Source: an uncultured Planctomycetaceae bacterium (lineage in GTDB: Bacteria > Planctomycetota > Planctomycetia > Isosphaerales > Isosphaeraceae). From it: a DNA stretch of 64,000 nucleotides. The notes beneath the pieces were generated by a model. It did no database searches and was not told where the DNA came from. It was given only the letters and a program-made list of their open reading frames with translations. The position numbers were made by a program, and so were the translations under genes. Each line of letters starts with the position of its first letter. Position 1 is the first letter of the stretch. The stretch lies in the NCBI GenBank assembly GCA_963833985.1, contig CAWIAD010000002.1, positions 2,816,001 to 2,880,000 of the forward strand, in the 5' to 3' direction. Shown here piece after piece: positions 22,875 to 33,573 of the stretch.

Positions 22875-24188
22875 TCATGCATCAATATTGATCGGAGAAC
22901 CTTGGGTCAGTCCCCCCGCGGTCCAGTCACAGTGCCAGCCCGGGAAGGCCACCTGCGGGTAGGGGTCCGGGGCAATCAGGTCCCGGGACTCGTGCACAAC
23001 CTCGAACTGGCGATCGGCCCGCACCCGGCCGAGACGGAATCGCTTGTATGCGTGCTGAGTCTTCGGGTCGATGGTGAGCGTCCCTCCGGGCGCGTCGAAC
23101 TCGATGCCTGCGCAAGGCCTGCCGGACCCGCTCCACCTCGAATCCGCCGGCTTTTTCCACGGCCAGCTTCCAGAGATGCACCTGGGAGTACGCGGCCTCG
23201 ATGGGGTCATCGGTCACGCGGTCGTAGCCGAACTCGCTTTGAAACCGGTCGATGAATTCCCGGTTCTTCGACGACTCGACGCTTTGGAAGTAGCTCCACA
23301 CGGAGTAATGACCCGCGACACGCGACGGCAGGATCCCCCGCAATTCGTCCTCGCCGACACTCGTGGCCAGCACCGGGAGCTGCTTTGCGGTGATCCCCTG
23401 CGCGGCCAGTTCATCGTAAAAGCTGGCGTTACTGTCGCCGTTGATCGTACTGATGATGGCATCCGGATCGGCCTTGCGAATGTTCTGGATGGTCTCCTTG
23501 AAATCACGATGGCCGAGCGGTACGTAGGTCTTGCCCACGATGCGGGCGCTGCGCCCTGCAAGCACCTGGTGATGATGTAGTTGGCCGTACGCGGGAAGAC
23601 GTAGTCCGAGCCGATCAGGTAGAGTCGCTTGCGAGCGCCCGCGGCCTCGCTCATGAGCCAGTCGATGGCTGGCAGAATTTGCTGGTTGGGCGTGGCGCCC
23701 GTGTAGACGATGTTGCGTGAAGACTCGTTTCCCTCGTACTGGACCGGGTAGAAGAGCAGGCCGTCGAGCTCCTCGAACACCGGCAGCACGGCCTTGCGGC
23801 TCGCGGATGTCCAGCAGCCGAACACGACGGCGACCTTGTCCTCGACAAGCAGCTTCCGGGCCTTCTTCGGGAAGACCGTCGTGAACCGCGAGCGCCCGTC
23901 CTCGACGACGGGTTCGAGCTGGCGGCCGAGGATTCCGCCCGACGCGTTGATCTCCTCGATGGCCAGGATCTCGGCGTCGCGCAGCGAGGTCTCGCTGATC
24001 GACATCGTTCCGGTCTGCGAGTGCAGGATGCCCACCTTGACCTTCTCCGGGCGCGTGCGAAAGCCCGGGACGCAACCGGACGTGACCAGCGGCGCCACCG
24101 TGTTCGTCGCGGCCAGGGCCAGCGCGCGGCCCCACTGTCGGATGTGGTCGCGGCGCGTCGATGCGCCGGTCTGGATGCCGCTGGTCAT
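22875..24188 (-). CDS. UrtA/AmiC-like urea/amide-binding periplasmic protein; two apparent frameshifts (~23555, ~23110)
   Basis: [72 protein letters not shown] and FDAPGG are spread over three frames. Twin-Arg-like leader ending in VTSGC. Confidence 0.85.
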
Positions 24189-24226
24189 CTTCGAGCCCTT
24201 CCTCCGTCAGCCATCTGTCCATTCAA

Positions 24227-25018
24227 TCAGTAGGAGTCCTCGATCATCATCCTGTGCAGGTTCTCGAACGCCTCGGGAGTCACGCTCACCTCGCCCCGGA
24301 ACGGGTTGTCCATCGCCGCGATCAGGAAGATCATGGCCCCCAGAAAAAAGGCAAGCAACCCTCCCAGGACAAGCTGGGTGATGAGCCGCATCTCGAACAT
24401 CCACAGGAACGCGAGGTTGATGGCGGCGCCCAGGATGACAACGTACCAGAGGACGGCGGGGATTCCGGTCGTGACGGTGTTGATGCGCATCCGACGCGCC
24501 TCGAGGAACGTGTTGAACTGGCGGAGGGTCTCGGCGTGGAGGATCTCCTCGGCCTTCGTCTGCGGCTGAAATGTGGTGAGCCGCTCCTGAAAGGCCACCA
24601 CGCGCACCTGGCCTTCCTCCGGGATGATTCCGCGCTGCTGGAGCGGCCAGGCATACTTGACCACGTAGCGGCAGTAGTCGCGCAGCAGCCAGCGCAGGTT
24701 CTGGTTGTAGGGCTCGGGGAAGCTCTTGCAATCCAGGTACAGGGCCGAAAGTGTGACCACTTCTTTCGAGACGTTTGATTCCACCTCGCTCAGGTTCTGG
24801 TACGAAGCCACCGCGATCAGGCCCAGCAGCAGGCCGTAAAAGACACCGAAGCAGGAGAGAATGTGGCCGACGATGTCATTGGACCCGGAGGTCGACCGCA
24901 CGATCAACCGAAGGATCGGCCGGATTACGAGACAGCCCGCCCAGAAGACCCCGACAAATGTGCCCGAAACCAGGAGCGCCAGTTCCGTGCTCGAGAAGTC
25001 ATAAATCCAGTAAAACAT
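24227..25018 (-). CDS. DUF4239-like four-TM membrane protein (bestrophin-like layout)
   Basis: Two TM helices, about 110 aa of helical insert, two more TM helices, then MDNPFRG. GVFYGLLLGL and EARRMR motifs. Confidence 0.7.
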   Translation of the reverse strand: MFYWIYDFSSTELALLVSGTFVGVFWAGCLVIRPILRLIVRSTSGSNDIVGHILSCFGVFYGLLLGLIAVASYQNLSEVESNVSKEVVTLSALYLDCKSFPEPYNQNLRWLLRDYCRYVVKYAWPLQQRGIIPEEGQVRVVAFQERLTTFQPQTKAEEILHAETLRQFNTFLEARRMRINTVTTGIPAVLWYVVILGAAINLAFLWMFEMRLITQLVLGGLLAFFLGAMIFLIAAMDNPFRGEVSVTPEAFENLHRMMIEDSY

Positions 25019-25097
25019 GTCGCAGGCCCTCTCCGTCGCAACGCAGCAGAAAGGCTTCCTCGATCGGCGACGAGGCGGAGATCCGCTGCATGGACCG

Positions 25098-25150
25098 CCA
25101 GCACCAGCACCAGCACCGGCACCGGCACCAGCACCAGCACCAGCACCGGT
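25098..25150. repeat. Intergenic hexanucleotide repeat (CCRGCA)8
   Basis: CCAGCA x3, CCGGCA x2, CCAGCA x3 plus a partial unit, between the divergent DUF4239 and mutL starts. Confidence 0.85.
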
Positions 25151-25467
25151 CGCCAGAGCCGGTATGGGGCATGGGACGCCGGTCTGGCCCGGAAGCTCTC
25201 CGGCCATGGCTGCTGGATACCTACTGCACAGGCTCTCGCCAATCATGGCCTGGCCTGCTGGGTGGTACAAGCCGGAAGCCCGCAAATGGCGCCGGGGAGT
25301 GGTCAGGTCGCGCCGTCTGTCATGCTCCGCTGCCGCAATCCGGGCCGTTCCGTTCCGTCCTTTCCTTTCCTGTGTCTTCGTCTTTCTGTACGCAAGATCA
25401 GCAAGGTACAATGGGGGGTGCTCACGCAGAGCTGGCGATGGCGATGGGCACCAGGGAGGACGCTACG

Positions 25468-27497
25468 ATGGGAGTGATCCGTCAGTTACCGCAGTCGGTG
25501 GTGAACCAGATCGCCGCGGGCGAGGTGGTGGAGCGGCCGGCGAGCGTGGTCAAGGAACTGCTTGAAAACGCCATCGACGCCGGCGCCACACGCGTGGACG
25601 TGAGCGTGGAGCGCGGGGGGAAGGACCTGGTGCGGATCGCCGACAACGGCCTGGGGATGGCCCCGGAGGACCTCACCCTGGCGTTTCAGCCGCACGCGAC
25701 CAGCAAGCTGACGGACGTGGACGATCTCTGCCGGGTGCGCACGCTCGGGTTTCGCGGCGAGGCGCTGGCGGCCATTGCCGAGGTGTCGCGGGTACGCTGC
25801 CAGACGCGGCAGGCCGACGCAACGGAAGGCTCGGAGATCGCGATCGAGGCGGGGATTGCCGGCCCGATCAAGACCTGCGGGTGCCCGCCTGGCACCATGA
25901 TGGAGGTGCGTAACCTGTTCTTCAATACGCCCGTCCGGCGCACCTTCCTGAAATCCGACAGCACCGAGGCCGGGCACGTCGCCGAGACGTTCTCGCGGAT
26001 CGCCCTGGCGCACCCGGAGGTCCACCTCACGTTCCGCTCCGGCGGCAAGATCGTCCACGACCTGCCGCCGGTGACCGGCATGCGCGAGCGGATCGCCATC
26101 TTCTTCGGCCGCGAGCTGGCCGAATCGCTGCTCTGGATCGAGGGGAAGCTCGACAGCCTGTCGCTCTGGGGCTACGTCGCCCACCCGTCGCAGAGCCGGT
26201 CGAGCAACAAGGCCCAGTTCCTCTTCCTGGGAGGGCGCTTCGTCCGCGACCGCTCGCTCAGCCACGCACTGAGCGAGGCCTACCGCGGGCTCCTCATGGT
26301 CGGCCGCAACCCGATCGCCTTCCTGCACCTGGAGATTCCACCCGAGGAAGTGGACGTGAACGTGCACCCGACGAAGATCGAGGTCCGGTTCCGCGACCCC
26401 CAGCGCGTTTACAGCCACCTCCTTTCCACCCTCCGCCAGACGTTCCTCGCCAGCGACCTGCACGCCCGGCTTCAGTCCGCCCAGGATCAGCCTGCCGAAC
26501 CGGCAGGCACCATGGATGACCGGGTCGGCTTCACCGCCGGCGGCCTTGACCGGGCTGGCAGCGCCGGCTTCGCCGCGGGAACCAGCCCGGGCGCCCACGC
26601 TGGCCCCGCTCCGGGCACGGGCGCGACCTACGAGCTGTCGGCACGGGCTCCCGACCGGCAGCTCGTCTCCTCGTGGTTCGAACCGTCATCCTCCGGGCGG
26701 CCGGCGCCGGCGATCCCGGACTCGGTGGGCCGCGTGGAGCCGCCTGCGTGGTCCCGGTCGCTCCCGGGTCAATTCCAGTTCGAAGGCGCGGACAGCTTCA
26801 ATGAGTTCTCGGGCCCGGCGGAATTCTCGGGCCCGGCGGCACGGCCGGGGGCGTCCGGCTCCGGCAGCGAACCAGGCTCCCACACCAACGGGGATGCGGG
26901 TCTGCCGCCGGACCGTCCCGGACCTTTGCCTCCCCGCGCGATCCAGGTGCACGACAGCTACCTGATCGCCGAGACCAGCGACGGCATGATGGTCATCGAT
27001 CAGCACGCGCTGCACGAGCGGATCCTCTACGAGGAGCTCCGCCAGCGGGTGGCCGCGGGCAAGGCGGAATCGCAGGGCCTGCTCGTGCCCGAGCCGGTTC
27101 ACCTGAGTGCCGATGAGGCCGCCGTGATCCTCGAGCAGCGCGCGCTGCTGGCCGAGCTGGGCCTGGATGTGGAGCCCTTCGGCGGCGATACGGTCGTGGT
27201 GCGCGGCACGCCTGCGATGCTGGCTCATCTGCCGCCCGACCGCCTGGTCCGCGACCTGGCCGAGCATCTGCACGCCCAGCCCGTCCCCCCGTCGCGTGAT
27301 GCACTCCTGGCCGACATCCTGCACACCGTCGCCTGCAAGGCGGCCGTGAAGGCCGGCGACCGGCTCGGGCCCGAGGAGATCGAGGCCCTGCTGCGCGCAG
27401 GCACCTGGTGGCCGACTCGCACCATTGCCCGCACGGCCGCCCCACGGCGCTGGTCTTCACCAAGGCCGAGCTGGAGAAACAGTTCGGCAGGACCTGA
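25468..27497 (+). CDS. mutL: DNA mismatch repair endonuclease MutL; apparent frameshift at ~27393
   Basis: [57 protein letters not shown] and ACK. CPHGRP...FGRT* lies in the shifted frame. Confidence 0.95.
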
Positions 27498-27546
27498 TCG
27501 TTCAATTCATCCAGGGCAAGGGCGACCGGACACACCCCTACAACGT

Positions 27547-28622
27547 TCAGGCCAGGCAAAGGCCCATTCGAATCGACCGGTTCAGGGACCGGCGCACCAC
27601 GGGCCAGACGCGGTCGGGAGTGAGCTCGGTGAAGCAGTCGAGCCGATCGCACGTCTTCCGGCAGCTCGATGCACACGGCACCTGGCTCTGAACGGCGGAG
27701 ACATTGCGGCCGTAAGGACCCGTGAGTGCTGGGTTCGTGCATGTGTAAATGCCGACAACACTCGCGTCGGCGGCAGCCGCCACGTGCAAGGGGCCCGAAT
27801 CGTTCGAGACGAACAGGTCCGCCTGCCGCGCCAGCGCGGCGAGCCGCGGCAGCGTCGTCCTGCCGGTGAGGTCCAGCAGGGGCAGCGGATCAAGGGCGCC
27901 GGCCAGTGCGCTCGCAAGCGGGGCATCCTCGGCAGCTCCCACGCAGATCAGCCCCGCGCCGAATTCCGTGGCGGTGCGCCGGGCGATCTCGGCGAAGTGT
28001 TCCACGGGCCAGCGCTTGGTGACCCAGCGGGCGCCGAGGTTGAGGACCAGCCGCGGGCTCGGGACGCCCTCGAGCACCTGCCCGGCCCAGAACGTGTCCT
28101 TGTCGCTGGTGCAGACCTGGAAGGACGGCTCGAACCCCGCCAGACCAAGGCATTCGACCACGCGGACCACGCGATCCACGGCGTGCATCCGCAGCCGCGA
28201 GGCGGTCACCTGGTGGGTGTAAAACCAGCGCGCGCCCTCGCGTGCGTCGGCCATGCCGACACGCACCGCGCGCGGGTCGCCGCGGTCATCAGGCCGGATC
28301 GCAGCAGTCCTTGCAGATCGATGGTCAGGTCGAACCCGTGCGCCAGCAGCCGGCGGCAAACCCGGCCGATTCCGGCGACCCCGCTGGATGAGATCCCGGT
28401 TTTGCCTCGATCGAAGACGATCACCCGAGCGAGGAGCGGATGATGATCGAGCAGGCCGCGGAACGCGGCGCTGACCACCCAGGTGATCTCGGCCTCGGGA
28501 AAGAGATGGTGAAGGCCAGGCAAGATGCAAAGGCTGTGGGAGATATCACCCAGCGAGCTTGGCTTGATGATGCAAATTTTCCGAGGCTTCAGCCTCCGCA
28601 CCCGATTGGCCAGGTTTTCCAT
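27547..28622 (-). CDS. GT9 lipopolysaccharide heptosyltransferase (WaaC/WaaF-like); apparent frameshift at ~28268
   Basis: IIKPSSLGD and IDLQGLLRS in one frame; TKRWP and NDSGPLHVAAA...TGPYG in the next. Confidence 0.85.
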
Positions 28623-29225
28623 GAGAGAAGGCCTTCCTTTGCAAGGAGAAGTTCGGTCGCAAACGCCCGGGGAGCGGATCGGGCAGCGCAGGGCCCGATT
28701 TTCGTGCCCCTCCGGACGGGACATGACCCAGGACAACCGATGCGCCCGCCTCAGCGCTCCCGGCCACCGGGCCGCCGGGCGGAGCAGTGCCCGGTCGGGA
28801 CAAGATTCAGAGGACAGATCCTGGCCGCGGCAAAGCATGTCGCCGGGCCACGGCGTGTCCGCGCACGGCCGGCAGCCCCTGGGGGGACAGGATTGCCCAG
28901 ACCACAAGAAGGAGGACACGCGCCCGCGGCACCGAACCTGGCGGGTTCAAAGGGCCTTTACTCCGACCCGCGCTGGCCGGCGTGCGGCCTCCGCAACAGG
29001 AATCGCGCTTTCTGGCTCGGAGCGCGCGCTCAGGATGAGAAATCGATCGCGCGGCCGGCCGTCTCGCCGGTCCGCGAGGCGAGCGGCTTGCGAACGGGTC
29101 CGCGACGTCCCACTATCCTTGAGCGGCTGGGTTCTCGTACAATCAACGACCTTGATAGGGGCCTGTTTCCGAGGGTCGTGGTCAAGGCATCCGGGCGCAG
29201 GTTCTTGAAAACGGGGCCTGTCAGT

Positions 29226-30731
29226 ATGATTTGCGTGACGATAGGACGGGGGAGGCATTCCTCGCTGGTTGAGGAGTGGCAGGCAGCCGCCAGGGCGGGG
29301 GCTGATCTGGTCGAGCTGCGGATTGATTGCCTGCGCAGGGATCCGGATCTGAAGCGGATCCTCAAGGAGCGGCACACCCCCATGGTCTTTACCATCCGCC
29401 GAGGCGCCGATGGCGGCCTCTGGCGCGGGCAGGAAGAGAAGCGGCAGCAGTTGCTGCGTGAGGCGATCGCGCTGGGCGTCGATTACGTCGACCTGGAGCA
29501 GGACATCGCCGCCAAGATCCGTCGCTTCGGCAAGACGAAGCGGATCATCAGCCATCACAACCTGAAATCGACGCCGACCGACATCCAGGACGTTGCCGAG
29601 CAGTGCGAGGAACTCGACCCGGACATCGTCAAGGTCGCCACCACGGCGACGACCCTGGCCGAGGCCTCGCGGGTGCTCCACCTGGGCGTGACCGGCAAGT
29701 TTCCCACGATCCCGATCGCCATGGGAGAGATCGGCGTCTTCACGCGCATCCTGGGTGCGAAGTTCGGAGCGCCCTTCACGTACGCGGGGTACAACCCGGA
29801 GCGCGTCTTCGCGGTGGGCATGCCCCGGTTCGCGGTGCTCAAGAAGGACTATTTCTACAACAGTATCGACTCCAAGACCGAGATTTACGGCGTCATCGGC
29901 GACCCGGTCGAGCAGAGCCTGAGCCCGGCGGTGCACAACGCGGCGTTCCGCCACCTCGGTCTGAACAAGCTGCTGGTGCCATTTCTGGTTCCCAACGGCG
30001 AACTCGAGGCGTTCTTTCGTGAGCTGCTCTGGTTGGAAATCAAGGGTTGCTCCGTGACCATCCCGCACAAGGAGGCGATCGTCCCTCTCCTCCAGCAGAA
30101 GGAGGGCGCCGTCGACCGGACCGGGTCGTGCAACACGGTGGTCTTCGACGCCGCCGGCCGGCGGATCGGCTACAACACCGACTACCGCGCGGCCATGGAG
30201 TCGCTCGAGGCGGCCATGGGGGGGACCGCCGGCGGCGACGAGGATTCCAGCCCGCTCATCGACAAGCAGGTGCTCATCCTGGGCGCCGGCGGAGTGGCCC
30301 GGTCGATTGCCTTCGGCGTGCTGCGCAGAGGCGCCCACGTCACCGTGACCAACCGGCACGACGAGCGCGCCACCAGCCTGGCCGAGGAGGTCGGATGCCG
30401 GATGATCACCTGGTCGCAGCGTGCCACGGCCATCGCCGACGTGATCATCAACTGCACTCCGGTGGGCATGTACCCCAACGTGGACGACACGGCGCTGCCG
30501 CCGGCGGCGTTTCCCCGTCCCGGCATCGTGCTCTTCGACACGGTCTACCACCCCGAGAGCACGATGCTGCTGAAGCTGGGCCGGGAACGCCAGGCCGTCA
30601 CGATCAGCGGTGTGGACATGTTCCTCCGCCAGGCCGCCCTCCAGTTCAAGATCTACACGGGGCAAGACGCCCCGCTCGAGGTCATGAAAACCGCCTTGAA
30701 ACGGAAGCTGGGGCAAGTACGCGACGAATGA
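29226..30731 (+). CDS. aroE: Bifunctional type I 3-dehydroquinate dehydratase / shikimate dehydrogenase (AroDE)
   Basis: ADLVELRID, DYVDLE and IISHH (DHQase I). SLSPAVHN, SVTIPHKE, NTD, GAGGVAR and INCTPVGM (shikimate dehydrogenase). Confidence 0.93.
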   Translation: MICVTIGRGRHSSLVEEWQAAARAGADLVELRIDCLRRDPDLKRILKERHTPMVFTIRRGADGGLWRGQEEKRQQLLREAIALGVDYVDLEQDIAAKIRRFGKTKRIISHHNLKSTPTDIQDVAEQCEELDPDIVKVATTATTLAEASRVLHLGVTGKFPTIPIAMGEIGVFTRILGAKFGAPFTYAGYNPERVFAVGMPRFAVLKKDYFYNSIDSKTEIYGVIGDPVEQSLSPAVHNAAFRHLGLNKLLVPFLVPNGELEAFFRELLWLEIKGCSVTIPHKEAIVPLLQQKEGAVDRTGSCNTVVFDAAGRRIGYNTDYRAAMESLEAAMGGTAGGDEDSSPLIDKQVLILGAGGVARSIAFGVLRRGAHVTVTNRHDERATSLAEEVGCRMITWSQRATAIADVIINCTPVGMYPNVDDTALPPAAFPRPGIVLFDTVYHPESTMLLKLGRERQAVTISGVDMFLRQAALQFKIYTGQDAPLEVMKTALKRKLGQVRDE

Positions 30732-31327
30732 GCCATCCTTCCACGCCGATCTCGAGTGATCGCCGCGGCCCCGGTCTGGTCCTCGTGGGCTATAGAGGAA
30801 GCGGCAAGACCACCGTGGGCACGATGGTAGCCGGATCCCGGCGGCGCCCGTTTCTGGACCTGGATCACGAGATCGAGACGCGGGCCGGACGGCCGATCCG
30901 GGCAATCTTCGCCGAGTCGGGAGAGGAGGTCTTCCGCGACTGGGAAGAGCTCGCCTTGCGGGCGCTGGCCACGCAATACCCGGGCGCTGTGCTGGCCAGC
31001 GGTGGCGGCACCGTGCTTCGTGCGGTCAACCGCCGGCTGCTGCGCGCGTTTGGCATCGTCGTCTGGCTGCGGGCCGAGCCGGCCGCCCTGGCGCAGCGGA
31101 TCGAGTCCGACGTGCGAGCGGGCCGCGAGCGCCCGGCACTCACAACCGCCGGGGCGGTCGCCGAGGTCGCCCACGTGCTCGCGCAGCGCACGCCGTTGTA
31201 CGAGGAAGTCGCGGACGCTGCCATCGAGACCCGTGACCGCGCACCCGAGGAGATCGCCGCCTTGATTCTGGACCTCTGGCCCGCTGATCCTGACGCCTTC
31301 CGGGAGAACCTGCCGCCGTGCTTGTGA
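30728..31327 (+). CDS. aroK: Shikimate kinase
   Basis: GYRGSGKTT, DLD, FRDWE, SGGG, RP.L and R..LY motifs. ATGA overlap with aroDE. Confidence 0.93.
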   Translation: MSHPSTPISSDRRGPGLVLVGYRGSGKTTVGTMVAGSRRRPFLDLDHEIETRAGRPIRAIFAESGEEVFRDWEELALRALATQYPGAVLASGGGTVLRAVNRRLLRAFGIVVWLRAEPAALAQRIESDVRAGRERPALTTAGAVAEVAHVLAQRTPLYEEVADAAIETRDRAPEEIAALILDLWPADPDAFRENLPPCL

Positions 31328-32268
31328 TGGGACCGGTCCTGGTGCTGCTTGGCTGCTTCGTCTTCGCGATCGGCACGGTCGTGGGCAGCTTTCTGAACGT
31401 CTGTATCTACCGGATCCCCTGGGAGAAGAGCGTGATCTGGCCCAGTTCCCGCTGTCCCCACTGCTGGAACCCGATCGCGGCTTACGACAATATCCCGATC
31501 GTGAGCTGGCTGGCCCTGCGCGGGGAGTGCCGGCAGTGCGGTGCTCCCATCTCCCGGCGCTATCCACTGATCGAGCTGCTCGTGGGGTTGCTATTCGTCG
31601 GGGTCTTCTATGTGGACGTGATTCTGGGCGAGCGCGGGCGGTACGGTTATGACATCGGTCTGCCCCTGGCGCGCCTGGGCTATCACGCAATCCTGGTGGC
31701 CCTGCTGGTGGCAGCGACCTTCATCGATTACGACCTCTACATCATCCCGGACTCGATCACCCTCACCGGGATGGTTCTGGGGCTCGCCCTGGGGACCGCC
31801 ATGCCAGGGCTGCGGCTCGAGCCGGCGGCCGCGACCACCACCGCGCATGGGCTCTGGACGGGGGTTCTGGGGCTGGTCATCGGCGGCGGGATCACCCAGA
31901 CGGTGCGGGTGGTTGGCACCTGGGTCTTCCGGCGTGAGGCGATGGGCTTTGGCGATGTGACGCTCATGGGGATGATCGGCGCGTTCCTGGGCTGGCAGGC
32001 GGCGATCCTGTCCTTCTTCGCCGGGGCCTTCTTCGGGCTCGCCCACGCGCTCTGGAAACTTTCCATTTACGTGCGGAAATGGATCCGGGGCCAGCAATTA
32101 TCGTCGGCCGATCGCGAACTCCCTCTGGGGCCCTACCTGAGCATGGGAGCCGTCGCCATGCTCCTGTCCTGGCCGTGGACCTGGAACGACTGCTTCCGGA
32201 TCCAGTTCGCCACCATCGGCTGGCTCTTCTGGCACATGCTGGGAGTCCGGGTGTCGATACCAGACTGA
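31327..32268 (+). CDS. pilD: Prepilin peptidase / N-methyltransferase (A24)
   Basis: GSFLNVCIYRIP, CPHC...CRQC, FIDYD, MGFGD and LPLGPYL. TGATG overlap with aroK. Confidence 0.92.
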   Translation: MGPVLVLLGCFVFAIGTVVGSFLNVCIYRIPWEKSVIWPSSRCPHCWNPIAAYDNIPIVSWLALRGECRQCGAPISRRYPLIELLVGLLFVGVFYVDVILGERGRYGYDIGLPLARLGYHAILVALLVAATFIDYDLYIIPDSITLTGMVLGLALGTAMPGLRLEPAAATTTAHGLWTGVLGLVIGGGITQTVRVVGTWVFRREAMGFGDVTLMGMIGAFLGWQAAILSFFAGAFFGLAHALWKLSIYVRKWIRGQQLSSADRELPLGPYLSMGAVAMLLSWPWTWNDCFRIQFATIGWLFWHMLGVRVSIPD

Positions 32269-32304
32269 GATGGTGCCATCGCCCATGAGCAGGGAGCGTC
32301 ATCC

Positions 32305-32688
32305 ATGGCTTACCAGTACAGGCGGCTGCGGCCGTCCATCATCCGCAACCTCTGGGTGTACCGCAGGCTGGTCGGCTCGGCCATCCTGCTGGGGCTCATG
32401 CTCTGGTTCATCTGGGCCAATGACACGCTCGTGACCGTCGCCTTCCCCTTCCGGCTCGGAAACCTGACAAGCAGGCTGGGCATCGTCATCCTGCTCAGCG
32501 GCATGGTCGGGGCACTGGCGACGTTCCTGATCATGACCGTGGTGCGCACGGCGCGGCGGATCCGCGGTTCGCATGGCTCCCCGGCGTCCCAGGTCCCCGC
32601 CGAGATGCCCGAGGACCGCCCGCCCCCCGACTATGCCGCCAAGACCACCGAGGGATTCTCGGGTGCTCCCTGGTCGCCCCGGAACTGA
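32305..32688 (+). CDS. LapA (DUF1049)-like small membrane protein
   Basis: Two TM helices separated by FIWAN..V.V.FPF, followed by a basic tail. Confidence 0.6.
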   Translation: MAYQYRRLRPSIIRNLWVYRRLVGSAILLGLMLWFIWANDTLVTVAFPFRLGNLTSRLGIVILLSGMVGALATFLIMTVVRTARRIRGSHGSPASQVPAEMPEDRPPPDYAAKTTEGFSGAPWSPRN

Positions 32689-32779
32689 GCCGGAATTTCG
32701 CAACATCCGCCCCTCGAACGGTCGAAAAGAAGACTGGAACGTCATCACCGCTTCGATGTACTTTTGAACACAGGATGCC

Positions 32780-33484
32780 GTGGGCTCGCACAGGACCGAT
32801 TCTCCATGCCTGGGGCCTTCGCGCTTGCGGCGATTCGCAACCACGCCGTCAGCCAGGCCTTGCGCTGCGCCGAGGCAGTCTGGAGCCGGCCTGGCGCTGC
32901 TGGCGCTGGCGCTCTGCGGCACGGCGGGCTGCGCGGACCGCGAGAGCTTCCTGAGGACTGGCCCGTCGACGAGCCAGCTCAAGGTCAGCCTCAGCCATGT
33001 CCAGTTCGAGAACGAGCAGTTGCGGACCGAGGTGGCGCGGCTGAAGGAAGAATCGCGGTCGATGGAGGACCGCCTGGTCCAGGAGCAGATTCATAACGGA
33101 GACCTGGCCGCGCGGCTTGACGACGCGCGCAACGTCCTCAGGGATCGCGGGTTGGATTCGGGGACGCGGCTCGGCGCACGCGCCGGGGGAAAGGCACTCC
33201 CGGATCCTGACGACGCCAGCACGCGGCCGCGTACCTTGCCGGCCGGCCGGACCACGCGCAAGCCGCGCAAACCGCCCGCCGCCAGCATCCCCGGCGAGCT
33301 TGACCTGCCCACGGCCGCGGAGGATACCGAGACGCAGACCGGAACCATCTCGCTGCTCTCGCCCACCCCTCCCTCGCGCCGCGCCGTCTTCCCCGACGAT
33401 TCCTCGGGATTCAGCGCCGATGACGACCTGCGCTGGCAGCCGGTGGCGACCGCCCCGGCCGCGCAGCCGGTACCCAGGCGCTGA
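32780..33484 (+). CDS. Hypothetical lipoprotein with coiled coil
   Basis: Lipobox-like LALCGTAGC, heptad region ENEQLRTEVARLKEE, disordered C-terminus. Start uncertain. Confidence 0.55.
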   Translation: MGSHRTDSPCLGPSRLRRFATTPSARPCAAPRQSGAGLALLALALCGTAGCADRESFLRTGPSTSQLKVSLSHVQFENEQLRTEVARLKEESRSMEDRLVQEQIHNGDLAARLDDARNVLRDRGLDSGTRLGARAGGKALPDPDDASTRPRTLPAGRTTRKPRKPPAASIPGELDLPTAAEDTETQTGTISLLSPTPPSRRAVFPDDSSGFSADDDLRWQPVATAPAAQPVPRR

Positions 33485-33573
33485 GCCACCCGGCTCGAAG
33501 CGTTGCGAGCGCCGCGCCGGCGCTGCTACGATCGCTGCGGTGAATTGCAGGGGCTCTGCCGGGATCCGCTTTC

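Noticed and set aside
24775..28443. 1222-aa extended MutL
   Set aside because: The N-terminal extension is upstream intergenic and antisense sequence. The C-terminal extension is read-through caused by the frameshift at ~27393 and runs antisense to the GT9 gene.
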